A stretch of 64,000 nt of DNA from Gemmatimonadales bacterium (lineage in GTDB: Bacteria > Gemmatimonadota > Gemmatimonadetes > Gemmatimonadales > GWC2-71-9): NCBI GenBank assembly GCA_037045245.1, contig JBAOHR010000004.1, positions 751 to 64,750 of the forward strand. Reading direction: 5' to 3'. Positions within the stretch are counted from its first letter, which is position 1. Each line of letters starts with the position of its first letter. Under the pieces are notes generated by a model that did not search any database, was not told the origin of the DNA, and saw only the letters and a list, made by a program, of their open reading frames with translations. The position numbers and the translations under genes were made by a program. Positions 10,603 to 19,027 of the stretch are shown here, in pieces.

Positions 10603-11996
10603 TTATTCGCCTCCCCCCGACGCGCTGGTGCGGGTGCGGGTGCGGGTGCGGGTGCGGCAGCTCGACGAATGTTCTGCGGCCCACCATGCAGGAACTCCCC
10701 CACCAGGATCACGCCACCCTGCTTGTAGACCAGTCCGTCCTTCAGCACGAACTGGACGTCGCGCAGCGCGTCGAGTGATTCCAGCGGATTCTCGGACAGC
10801 GCGATCAGGTCGGCGGCCATCCCCGGCTTGATCGGGCCCCGGCGCGCGTCCAGCTCGCTCACCTTGTAGCCGTTGATCGTCAGCGCCTTGAGCACCTCGG
10901 CGTTGGGGATCCCGGCGTCCTGCCACGTCTTGATGAACTCGATGGCCACCTGCCCGCGGTCCTTCCCCGGCACGTAGTAGTCTGCGTCGGTCGAGTAGGT
11001 CAGCGGCACCTTGTTCTCGAAGGCGTTCTTGAGCCCGGCCACGGTGCGCTGGTACGCCGCCGCGCTGGTGTGCCCCACCAGGGTGATCGGCGTCTCGGTC
11101 CCGACGCGCCAGATCCCCTTTGCGGCCATCTGCTTGTGCAGCGTGTCGTTGAGGGCCGAGGCGTGCTCGATCGACCAGATCCCGGCGTCGATCGCCCGCT
11201 GCGCCCCCGCGGCGGTCTGCACGTGCCCGGCCACCTTGAGGCCGGCCTTGGCCGCCTCGCTGATGAAGAGCTGGATCTCCTCGGTGGTGTACCCCCAGCG
11301 CTTGCAGTCGACGCAGATCTTGATGACTCGGGCGCCGAAGAGCGCGTTCTGCCGGACCGCCTTGATGATCTCGTCGTGCGTGTCGGCTTCGAGGTATTCC
11401 GGATAGACGATCTTGTGGTCCAGCGCCATCGTCGGCGTCGGCGAGAACTGGCCGCCCATCCCGCCGATGATCAGGCCGGAGGTGACCATCGTCGGCCCCG
11501 GCAGCCACCCTGCCTCGATCGCCTGGCGGAGCGCCACGTCGGCGTAGTTGGCGTTGTTGCCGAGGTCACGCACGACGGTAAAGCCGCCGCTCAACATCTG
11601 GAGGCCGTTGGAGGCGGCCTGGATCGCGCGCAACTCCGACGATTCCTTGATGTAGGTGATGTAGTAGTCGTTCCGCTCCGGGTCTTCCTTGTAAGTCAGC
11701 GCGAGGTGGTTGTGCGCATCGACGAGGCCCGGCATCACCGTGAGCTTCGACAGGTCAATCACCTTGGCACCCGTCGGCACCGCCACGTCCGTGCCGACGG
11801 CGGTGAAGCGCCCGCCCTGGACGAGGATGACGGCGTTCCGGGTGATCGAACCGTTCGCAGGATCGATCAGGCGGCCGGCGCGGATCGCGGTGATCGGACC
11901 GGTCGGCGGTGCCGGCGTGGCCCCGCCTTGGGCGACGAGCGGGACCGTCGCCACGAGCAGCGAGAGGAACGGAAGCGACCAGGGCAGGCGACGCAT
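10603..11996 (-). CDS. Secreted amidohydrolase family protein; true 3' end uncertain
   Basis: Signal peptide, MPGLVDAHNH, GFTVVRDLG, SIEH, ADLIAL. As given the ORF reads on into htpX to 10317; a likely stop is TAA at 10603 after an indel. Confidence 0.8.
10627..10657. repeat. Hexamer tandem repeat (GGTGCG)x5 encoding a Pro-Ala tail
   Basis: Directly visible; translates as APAPAPAPA on the minus strand. Confidence 0.8.
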
Positions 11997-12123
11997 GACG
12001 ACACTCCAGGCGGGTGGCGCGGGGGAAGACGGGGGTGACGAGCGGATGGGGGGAGGCGCGAGGTGCAGCAGGAGAGTACGGCGAGTCCCGATCGAGCGCC
12101 AGCCTGTCGACGAGGAGGGTCGC

Positions 12124-12165
12124 AAACGAAGCGGCGGGCCCGGAATCAGATTCCGGACCCGCCGC
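12124..12165 (-). terminator. Intrinsic terminator after the PEP-CTERM gene
   Basis: GCGGCGGGTCCGGAATC-T-GATTCCGGGCCCGCCGC followed by TTCGTTT. Confidence 0.75.
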
Positions 12166-12194
12166 GACACCCACTACCAGAGAACCGTTCGGAG

Positions 12195-12968
12195 TTACTT
12201 CCGGTTGCGGCGGCGCTTGGCGGCGGCCATACCAGCCAGGCCAGTCGCGAGCAGCGTCATCGTGGCCGGCTCCGGGACGACTTCCTGCGGCGGCGAGCCA
12301 TTGTCGGCGGTGATGCGGAACATCATGTCCTGATAGTCGAAGTCACCCGCGGCATTGTCCTCGACGCCGGCGATCCAGGTCATCGGATCGAGGCGGCCGA
12401 AGCCGAAGAGCGCGAACTGCTGGTCCGTGTCCGAGTAGGCGCGGCCACCACCGACCAGGTCAACGTAGATGCCCCACGAGACGGCCGGCGAGAAGCTGCC
12501 AAGCGTCGGAAGGCTGTTGAAGCTGATCGTCGAGCTGCGATTGCCGACCGCGAAGATACCCCAATCGAGGTTCATCCCGGCGACGTCACCACCGGTGCAC
12601 GGAGCCGAGCAGCCCGGGCTGGTCGTGCCACCGAGGTACGACAGCGTGTAGTCGCCGGCGCTGAAGATGATCGGCGCCCAGTTGCCGCTGACGTTCCAGT
12701 ACTCGGTCGCGTGCAGGCCGGTGTACGGGAGCCAGGTGTTCGGCCGCTGGTTGATGCAGGCGGTCGGGGCAGCGCCGGTGACGATGAAGCCCGAGTTGCA
12801 GGTGTTGAAGGTCGTCTGGGGCGAGCCCAGGCCCAACCCGTCGGCCGAGAGGTTGTCCCAGAACTCGGCGCCGTCGTTGTTCGCCGTGAACGACGAAAAC
12901 GCCTGGGCCTGCAGTGGGGCGGCGCTGATCACGGCCGCGGCGGAGAGAGCAAGTACAAGATTCTTCAT
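12195..12968 (-). CDS. PEP-CTERM exosortase-sorted surface protein (DUF4114-like motif)
   Basis: Signal peptide, GVED...DFDYQDMMF motif, C-terminal VVPEPATMTLLATGLAGMAAAKRRRNRK. Confidence 0.92.
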   Translation of the reverse strand: MKNLVLALSAAAVISAAPLQAQAFSSFTANNDGAEFWDNLSADGLGLGSPQTTFNTCNSGFIVTGAAPTACINQRPNTWLPYTGLHATEYWNVSGNWAPIIFSAGDYTLSYLGGTTSPGCSAPCTGGDVAGMNLDWGIFAVGNRSSTISFNSLPTLGSFSPAVSWGIYVDLVGGGRAYSDTDQQFALFGFGRLDPMTWIAGVEDNAAGDFDYQDMMFRITADNGSPPQEVVPEPATMTLLATGLAGMAAAKRRRNRK

Positions 12969-13006
12969 GGTCAGACAGAACTCCGGTGTGGGTTGCCCAG
13001 CCTAGG

Positions 13007-13022
13007 AGCACCTTCCATGCCA
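13007..13022 (-). promoter_or_regulatory. Sigma54 -24/-12 promoter
   Basis: TGGCATGGAAGGTGCT = GG-N10-GC, 38 nt upstream of the PEP-CTERM start. Confidence 0.7.
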
Positions 13023-13060
13023 ATCAATTCGCCACCAAGACCACAACCTAAGTCGTTAAA

Positions 13061-13073
13061 AGTCAATCAGTTA
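13061..13073 (+). promoter_or_regulatory. IHF-like binding site
   Basis: AGTCAATCAGTTA, one mismatch to WATCAANNNNTTR, within an AT-rich patch. Confidence 0.55.
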
Positions 13074-13103
13074 GCAAACCCTAAGAGCTAGGCCTCCGGA
13101 GCG

Positions 13104-13123
13104 ATGTTGCGGTCGCGCAACAT
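13104..13123. promoter_or_regulatory. Palindromic upstream activator site candidate
   Basis: Perfect inverted repeat ATGTTGCG-GTCG-CGCAACAT (TGT-N12-ACA). Confidence 0.55.
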
Positions 13124-13167
13124 AAACTGTCGCGGGCGATCTGCACTCGCCTGCCACAGCGCCCCGG

Positions 13168-14217
13168 CTACCGATGGACGGCCGCGATCGCGGCGATCAG
13201 CGGGGTCGCATCGAAACGGACCGGATCGGTGCAGGGGAGGCCGGTTTCCCGGGCCGCGTCCTCGCACGCCTGCCGCGCGGCGGCGTCATCCAGGTCGTAG
13301 GTGTTCAGCGCGATACCGATCACCCGCGACGGGTGGACCGCACTCGCCATGGTCTCGTAGAGCCGGACGTATTCCGAGAGCGGCGGGATCGCCAGCCAGG
13401 CCTGCGGGCGGTAATCGCCGATGAACTTCCGGCTCGCCTGGTGGCAGAGGATCATCGCGTCGGGGCAACTGCCGTGGAGCAGCCCCAAGGTCACCCCGGA
13501 GTAGCCGGGGTGATTGATGCTCCCCTGCCCTTCGACCAGCACCACATCGGCGCCCTCGGCGCCTTGCAGCGTGATCCGCTCGGCGGCGCCGGCGATGAAG
13601 TCGGCGACGACGGCGTCGACGGCGATCCCCCACCCCTCGATCATGATCCCGGTCTGGCCGGTGGCGACGAAATTGGTGCGGAGCCCGCGCGCCTTGAGGC
13701 CGTCGACGAGGCGAAGCTGGGCCGTCATCTTGCCGACGTTGCAGTCGGTGCCGACGGTGAGGACGCGGATGGCCGAGGTGGCCTTGGCGCGGCCGGCGGC
13801 GACCGGAAGATCGGCCGGCGGGCGCCGCAAGTCTTCGATCCGTCGGCCGTGGGAGCGCGCCGCCTCGGCCAGGAGGGGGTCGTCGCCGAGAAAGGTGTGG
13901 AGCCCGCTGACGATGTTGCAGCCGCCCTCGAGGGCCTCGCGCAACCAGGCGCGCCACTCGTCGGGGAGTCGGCCGCCCACTGGCGCGATCCCGATCAGGA
14001 CCGAGTTCGCGCCGAGGGCGAGTCCTTCGCGCATGGTGGCGATCACCGGAATGTCGCCACCCGCGCCGAGGATGTCCTGCGAGGTCTTGCCGGCGTGCTG
14101 CCGGTCGAGCACCGCGACCACCCGATCGGGCTGGAAGCGGATGATGGAGTTCGCCGTCTTCGACGTGAGCGGCCCGAAATCCCCATCGGCCAGGATCAGG
14201 TGACGCGGCGCGTTCAC
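13168..14217 (-). CDS. DUF1611 family protein (DgcN-like P-loop protein)
   Basis: KTANSIIRF, IVSGLH, VGTDCNVGKMT, ATGQTG, VEGQGS, GLLHGSCPD. Confidence 0.88.
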   Translation of the reverse strand: MNAPRHLILADGDFGPLTSKTANSIIRFQPDRVVAVLDRQHAGKTSQDILGAGGDIPVIATMREGLALGANSVLIGIAPVGGRLPDEWRAWLREALEGGCNIVSGLHTFLGDDPLLAEAARSHGRRIEDLRRPPADLPVAAGRAKATSAIRVLTVGTDCNVGKMTAQLRLVDGLKARGLRTNFVATGQTGIMIEGWGIAVDAVVADFIAGAAERITLQGAEGADVVLVEGQGSINHPGYSGVTLGLLHGSCPDAMILCHQASRKFIGDYRPQAWLAIPPLSEYVRLYETMASAVHPSRVIGIALNTYDLDDAAARQACEDAARETGLPCTDPVRFDATPLIAAIAAVHR

Positions 14218-14963
14218 GATCCGCTGGACTCCGTGATGATCGTCTCACCACCCTGGCCGAGCTGCTTCGGCGCCTCGGCCTTCGGGGCCGCGAGCATCCC
14301 CATCTTGGCCTTGAGCTCGAGCAGCTGCTGGTCCGACGAGCCGTGGTACTCGAGCTGCTCGAATTCCTTGGCCAGCTTGTCGCCGGTGAACTCCTCCTGG
14401 AGCTCGGCGGCGGCGAGCGCCTTCCGCTCGTTGTTCTCGATCTTCTCCTGCATCCGCTCGAACGACTCGAAGGCGCTCTTGTCGCCCATTCCGGAGAGGG
14501 TGTCCTGGATGCGCTGCTGGGCCTCGGCGCGCCGGGCGCGGGCGACCAGGATGTTCTTCTTCCGCTTGGCTTCCTCGATCTTCTCGTTGAGCTGGCGGAG
14601 CGAGCCCTTGAGCGAGTCGGTCTCCTGCTTGCTCTTGGCCCAGGTCTCGTGCAGCTGCTGGGCGCCCTGCAGCGCCTCGTTGTAGCGCATCAGCGCCTGC
14701 TTGGCGAGATCGTCGCGACCTTCCTGGACGGCGAGCATGGCGCGGCGCTCCCAGTCCTCGGCCTGCTTCTTCATCGCGATCGAGTCGGCCTCGAGCTTCT
14801 TCTCATCGGCGATCGCCTGGGCCACCTGCTGGCGCGCCTTGTCGAGCTGGCTGCGCATGTCCACGATCAACTGGTTCAGCATCTTCTCGGGGTTCTCGGC
14901 CCGGGAGATGAGATCGTTGAGGTTGGAGCGCAACATCGTGGCGAAACGGTCGAAGATCCCCAT
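14214..14963 (-). CDS. pspA: Phage shock protein A / IM30 family (bacterial ESCRT-III-like)
   Basis: MGIFDRFATMLRSNLNDLISRAENPEKMLNQLIVDM, W.RRAMLAV..GRDDLAKQAL, FERMQEKI, LLELKAKMG. Confidence 0.95.
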   Translation of the reverse strand: MGIFDRFATMLRSNLNDLISRAENPEKMLNQLIVDMRSQLDKARQQVAQAIADEKKLEADSIAMKKQAEDWERRAMLAVQEGRDDLAKQALMRYNEALQGAQQLHETWAKSKQETDSLKGSLRQLNEKIEEAKRKKNILVARARRAEAQQRIQDTLSGMGDKSAFESFERMQEKIENNERKALAAAELQEEFTGDKLAKEFEQLEYHGSSDQQLLELKAKMGMLAAPKAEAPKQLGQGGETIITESSGS

Positions 14964-14968
14964 GGCGA

Positions 14969-15355
14969 TTACCTCTCCCCGAACGCCGCGAGGGCGCCCA
15001 CATGCGACGCGAGGGCAAGGGCGAGCGAATCGACGCTCGCCTCGAACTCGCTGAAGTCGAGATCGGACAGCAGCAATGCATCGGTGAGGACGACGTGGTC
15101 GCCCTCGACGCCGTACGAGCCGTGCACCAGCTCGCGCGCGTTGAATTCCAGCAGGCGGCGGCAGAGTTCGCCGGCGCGCACCGAGTCGCTCGGGAGCTGC
15201 ATGACCCGCACCCGCAGCACCAGCACCGGCGGCGCGTAGTGGACGATCAGCTCGGCGTCCTCCGCCGTGCGGACCAGCCACATGTCCTCGGCCACGGACT
15301 CGACCGGCAGGTCGAGCCGGTCGAGATAGGCCTGCACGTCATCACGATTGGTCAT
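14969..15355 (-). CDS. CesT/YbjN-like (type III secretion chaperone fold) protein
   Basis: 128 aa, acidic, RRLLEFNARELVHGSYG...LDFSEFEASVDSL. GGAGG RBS; ends 5 nt before pspA. Confidence 0.72.
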   Translation of the reverse strand: MTNRDDVQAYLDRLDLPVESVAEDMWLVRTAEDAELIVHYAPPVLVLRVRVMQLPSDSVRAGELCRRLLEFNARELVHGSYGVEGDHVVLTDALLLSDLDFSEFEASVDSLALALASHVGALAAFGER

Positions 15356-15441
15356 CGGCGATTCCTCCGGCCCGGACACGCCGGGCGACGTCTGAAACGT
15401 AGTGCGGGCCCAAAAGACCCGCCAAGCACCCCGCCGCCATC

Positions 15442-15795
15442 TCATCCCGCCGCCGGCGGTTCCTCACGGCGCGCCAGCAGCCGCTCCGAGAAGTCCTGCC
15501 GCTCCTCCAGTTCCGCCACCCGCGTCCGAAGCTCGTCGAGCTCCGCGTAGAGCTCCTCGGGCAGTTCGGCCGGGCCGCTCGACTCGGGGAGCTCGCCCGA
15601 AATCCTGGCCGCCAGCGCCTTGCCGAGCGGGCCGCGGAGGATGAAGGTGCCGCCGGCCACGACCGCGAACCAGATCGGCACCGAGACCGGGCCGAGGACC
15701 ATCGTCGCCTTCATCAGCCCGCCGAAGACCGCCACCGCGGCAAGCGCAATCCACCCACCGCTGCCCCCGCCCCGCTGCCGCGGCTCATGCGCCAT
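15442..15795 (-). CDS. PspB-like small membrane protein, paralog 5
   Basis: TM + GPLGKALAARI + coiled coil ELEERQDFSERLL. Confidence 0.75.
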   Translation of the reverse strand: MAHEPRQRGGGSGGWIALAAVAVFGGLMKATMVLGPVSVPIWFAVVAGGTFILRGPLGKALAARISGELPESSGPAELPEELYAELDELRTRVAELEERQDFSERLLARREEPPAAG

Positions 15796-16183
15796 GGCGA
15801 CCCTCGCCGATCCGCGGTTGCGCCAGCAACCGCTCGGTGAACTCCAGCCGTTCCTCGACCTCGGCGATCCTGGCGTAGGCCTGCTCGACCTCGCCGCTGG
15901 TCAGGCCGCGGTGCTCAAGCTCGGCCAAGCGTGATTCCAGCTCCGCCATCCGCGATGCGGAGAGGCCATCGACGCCGCTGCCTTCGAGCATGCCAGCGAT
16001 CGCCCTCCCGACCGGCCCCATGAAGAGGAGGAAGCCCATGCCGACGAGACCGAACAGCCCCACGATGAGGAACTCGAATCCCTTCCGCGCGGCCTCGTCG
16101 ATCAGGAAGGCCATGAACAACATGCTGCCGAACGCGAGGAAGAGGACCAACCCCATCGCCATCATGCGCGAGAACCGATTCAT
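15785..16183 (-). CDS. PspB-like small membrane protein, paralog 4 (2 TM)
   Basis: GPVGRAIAGML + EVEERLEFTERLL. Confidence 0.75.
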   Translation of the reverse strand: MNRFSRMMAMGLVLFLAFGSMLFMAFLIDEAARKGFEFLIVGLFGLVGMGFLLFMGPVGRAIAGMLEGSGVDGLSASRMAELESRLAELEHRGLTSGEVEQAYARIAEVEERLEFTERLLAQPRIGEGRHGA

Positions 16184-16479
16184 TCCGAGCCCCCTGCGAT
16201 CCGCGGCTGCGCCGCCTGCTGCGCGAGCATCCGCTCCGTGAACTCCACCCGTTCTTCCATCTCGGCGAGTCGCGCATACGCCTGCTCCACCTCGCCGCTC
16301 GTCAGTCCGCGCTCCTCGAGATGGGCCAGCCGTGTTTCAAGTTCGGCGATCCGCTCGGCGTTGCCACCGCTGATCCGATCGGCCCAGGCCTTCAGCACCG
16401 GCGAGATCGCCCACATGGCGGTGCAACCGATACCACCCATGGCCAACCAGAAGGAGAAGGCGCCGATGCCATCACCCAT
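16180..16479 (-). CDS. PspB-like small membrane protein, paralog 3
   Basis: SPVLKAWADRI + EMEERVEFTERML. Confidence 0.75.
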   Translation of the reverse strand: MGDGIGAFSFWLAMGGIGCTAMWAISPVLKAWADRISGGNAERIAELETRLAHLEERGLTSGEVEQAYARLAEMEERVEFTERMLAQQAAQPRIAGGSE

Positions 16480-16839
16480 CTAGCGCCCACCCGGCTCAGG
16501 CAGTCGTGCCGATTCGGCGCGCTGCGTCAACATCCGTTCGGCGAAGTCCATCCGGTCCTCGATCTCGTGCATCCGGGCGACCGACTGCTCGAGATCGGCG
16601 ACGCGATCGCGCAGCGTCTGCACCTCGTCGAGCAGCGCCGGCTCCTGTCCGCGCTGCTCGATCCGACGCGCCCACGCGCGCACCAGCGGATAGAAGACGA
16701 TCGCGCCGACGATGATCAGCAGCGTCAACACCGCGACGGGGGCGATCCAATCCGGCGGCCCGCTGCCGGCAATGATCACCTGGGGATCCGGCGTGTCCGG
16801 TGGAATCGGTGGCGTCGGCAATTGGGGCAGTGCCATCAC
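16480..16839 (-). CDS. PspB-like small membrane protein, paralog 2 (Pro-rich N-terminus)
   Basis: YPLVRAWARRI + EIEDRMDFAERML. Confidence 0.75.
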   Translation of the reverse strand: MMALPQLPTPPIPPDTPDPQVIIAGSGPPDWIAPVAVLTLLIIVGAIVFYPLVRAWARRIEQRGQEPALLDEVQTLRDRVADLEQSVARMHEIEDRMDFAERMLTQRAESARLPEPGGR

Positions 16840-17108
16840 TGACCTCCCGTGGCGGCGTCTGCCCGGTCGCCCTTGGCGAGCAGGCGCTCGGTGAACTCGA
16901 CCCGCTCATGCAGCTCGTTGACCTCGAGGCGCAGGCGATCGAGCTCGTCATAGACGGCCGGGTCCGGCTCGAGCGCCGGGAGCGGCTGGGCGCCGTGGCG
17001 GAGCCGGTCGGCAAAGGCCTTTCCGACGGGCGAGAACGACAACACGATCAGGGTGCCGCCGCCGAAGATGCAGAGGATCGCAATGATGTCTTCCACGGAC
17101 GGCCTCAT
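16836..17108 (-). CDS. PspB-like small membrane protein, paralog 1
   Basis: SPVGKAFADRL + ELHERVEFTERLL. Confidence 0.75.
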   Translation of the reverse strand: MRPSVEDIIAILCIFGGGTLIVLSFSPVGKAFADRLRHGAQPLPALEPDPAVYDELDRLRLEVNELHERVEFTERLLAKGDRADAATGGQ

Positions 17109-17130
17109 CGAGAAAGGGAACGCCCCCTTG

Positions 17131-17157
17131 TACGGGGGGGCGCGCGGGAATGTTTCA
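17131..17157 (-). promoter_or_regulatory. ECF (sigmaW-like) promoter TGAAAC-N17-CGTA
   Basis: Exact -35 and -10 motifs ending 22 nt upstream of the first PspB-like gene. Confidence 0.6.
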
Positions 17158-17177
17158 GCCGGAAACAGGGCCCACGA

Positions 17178-18068
17178 TCAGGAGGTCGGCCCCTTCCTGG
17201 GCTTCAGCTGGACCAACCGCTCCTTGGCGAGCCGCCGCCCGGTCGGGGTGGCGGCCAGCCCGCCGCCGGCGGTTTCCCGGTACCGGACGTCCATCTCGCG
17301 GCCGATCTGGCCCATGGTATCGATGACTTCGTCGACGGGAATCGGGAACTCGACCCCGGCCAGGGCCATCTCGATGCCGGCGAGGGCCATCGCGGCTCCG
17401 GTGGCGTTGCGGTACACGCACGGGACCTCGACCAGCCCGCCGAGCGGGTCGCAGACGAGGCCGAGGGTGCCCTGCATCGTCAGCGCCACGGCATGCATCG
17501 CCTGCCGCGGGGTCCCCCCCAGCAGTTCGACGCCGGCCCCTGCCGCCATGCCGGCGGCCGCCCCGGTCTCGGCCTGGCAGCCCCCTTCGGCGCCGCTGAG
17601 CGAGGCCCGGACGGCGACGACTGCCCCGATCAGGCCGGCGGTGGCGAGGGCGCGGACCATCGCCTCCTCGGAGACCGGATGACGGCGCGCGATCCCCAGC
17701 AGGGTCCCGGGCAGCACGCCGGCTCCGCCCGCCGTCGGCGCGGCGACGATGACGCCCATTGCCGCGTTCACTTCCTGCACCGCGAGTGCGGCCGCGAGGG
17801 CATCGGTGAAGATGGTGTTGGCCAACGGCCCCCGCGCATTCGCGAGCCGGAAGGCATCGCCGCCGACGAGGCCGCTGACGGAGTGCAAGTCGCCCTTGAG
17901 CCCGCGCTCGACGGCGTGCTGCATGACGTGGAGCGCGCGGCGGAGCCCGGCCTCGACTTCCTCGCGGGTCCGGATGCCGGTCTCCGCTTCGGTGCGCAGG
18001 GCGAGTTCGCCCAGCGAAATCCCCTGGCGCTCGGCATCGCCGACCGCCTCGTTCAACACGTCGTACAT
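17178..18068 (-). CDS. sdaAA: L-serine ammonia-lyase, Fe-S dependent, alpha subunit
   Basis: EVNAAMGVIVAAPTAG, SGAEGGCQAE, LGLVCDPLGGLVEVPC, RETAGGGLA. Confidence 0.93.
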   Translation of the reverse strand: MYDVLNEAVGDAERQGISLGELALRTEAETGIRTREEVEAGLRRALHVMQHAVERGLKGDLHSVSGLVGGDAFRLANARGPLANTIFTDALAAALAVQEVNAAMGVIVAAPTAGGAGVLPGTLLGIARRHPVSEEAMVRALATAGLIGAVVAVRASLSGAEGGCQAETGAAAGMAAGAGVELLGGTPRQAMHAVALTMQGTLGLVCDPLGGLVEVPCVYRNATGAAMALAGIEMALAGVEFPIPVDEVIDTMGQIGREMDVRYRETAGGGLAATPTGRRLAKERLVQLKPRKGPTS

Positions 18069-18733
18069 CAGGCCACCCGTTCGATGATGCGCACAGTCTT
18101 GAGCGCCGAGAGCGCCTGAATCCTGGCCAACGCCTGGGTGGACGGGGCGTGGTCGAGTTCATAGATGTGGATGGCATCGCCACCGCGCTGGCGGCGGAAG
18201 ACGCGCATCGTCGCCACGTTCACGGCGTCCTCGGCGAGCGCATTGGCGACACTGGCCACGCTGCCCGGCACGTCCTTCGCCACGGCCACGAGCGTGGTGT
18301 AGGCGCCGGTCACCTCGACCGGAAAGCCATCGATCGCGGTGATCATGATGCGGCCGGCTCCAAGCGATGAGCCGACCAGCACCGCCGTGCGATCGCCGCG
18401 GCTGACAGTGAGCCGGGTCGTGTTGGGGTGATGGTCACCACGCAGCGTGGTGTTCTTGAACTCGATCGCGAGCCCGGCGGCCTTGGCCGCCTCGAGCGAC
18501 TCGCGGAGCCGCTCGTCATCGGGCTGGTAGCCGAGCAGCCCCCCGGCGATCGCGCGATCGGTGCCGTGCCCCACCCCGGTGCGCGCGAACGACCCATGCA
18601 GCTCGACGAGGGCGCGATCGGGCGTGCCGCCGACCAGCGCCCGGGCAATGAGTCCGATGCGGCAGGCCCCCGCCGTGTGCGACGACGAGGGACCGACCAT
18701 GACGGGACCGATGATGTCGAGCAGTGAGACCAT
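18068..18733 (-). CDS. sdaAB: L-serine ammonia-lyase beta subunit
   Basis: DIIGPVMVGPSSSHTAG, GSFARTGVGHGTD, HPNT, C-terminal ACT domain. Confidence 0.93.
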   Translation of the reverse strand: MVSLLDIIGPVMVGPSSSHTAGACRIGLIARALVGGTPDRALVELHGSFARTGVGHGTDRAIAGGLLGYQPDDERLRESLEAAKAAGLAIEFKNTTLRGDHHPNTTRLTVSRGDRTAVLVGSSLGAGRIMITAIDGFPVEVTGAYTTLVAVAKDVPGSVASVANALAEDAVNVATMRVFRRQRGGDAIHIYELDHAPSTQALARIQALSALKTVRIIERVA

Positions 18734-18739
18734 GCGGGT

Positions 18740-18955
18740 TCAGACCAATTCGGCGGAGATGATGTCACCGAGGGAAACGCCGATCTCGGTGTCGTCGTTG
18801 CGTTCGGGGCGCAGAAAGACCTCGTGGGCCGTCGGATGCAGGTCCACGCTGGTCGGGACGCCGTGGACTTCACTCTCGTCGCGCAGCACGAGCCGCACCG
18901 TGAGTCCCTGCCCGTTGGCCCAGCGCAGCACCTCGATGATGCCGTCGATATCCAT
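18740..18955 (-). CDS. Small hypothetical protein (possible Sm/Hfq-like fold)
   Basis: GGAGG RBS, fits the operon spacing, helix followed by VRLVLRDESEVHG...D...I. Confidence 0.6.
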   Translation of the reverse strand: MDIDGIIEVLRWANGQGLTVRLVLRDESEVHGVPTSVDLHPTAHEVFLRPERNDDTEIGVSLGDIISAELV

Positions 18956-19027
18956 GACTGCCTCCGTGAAGGCGGGTCCCGGAAATCTAGCGCCGTCGCC
19001 GACCGATCGGGTCGGGCCCCGCGCCGA

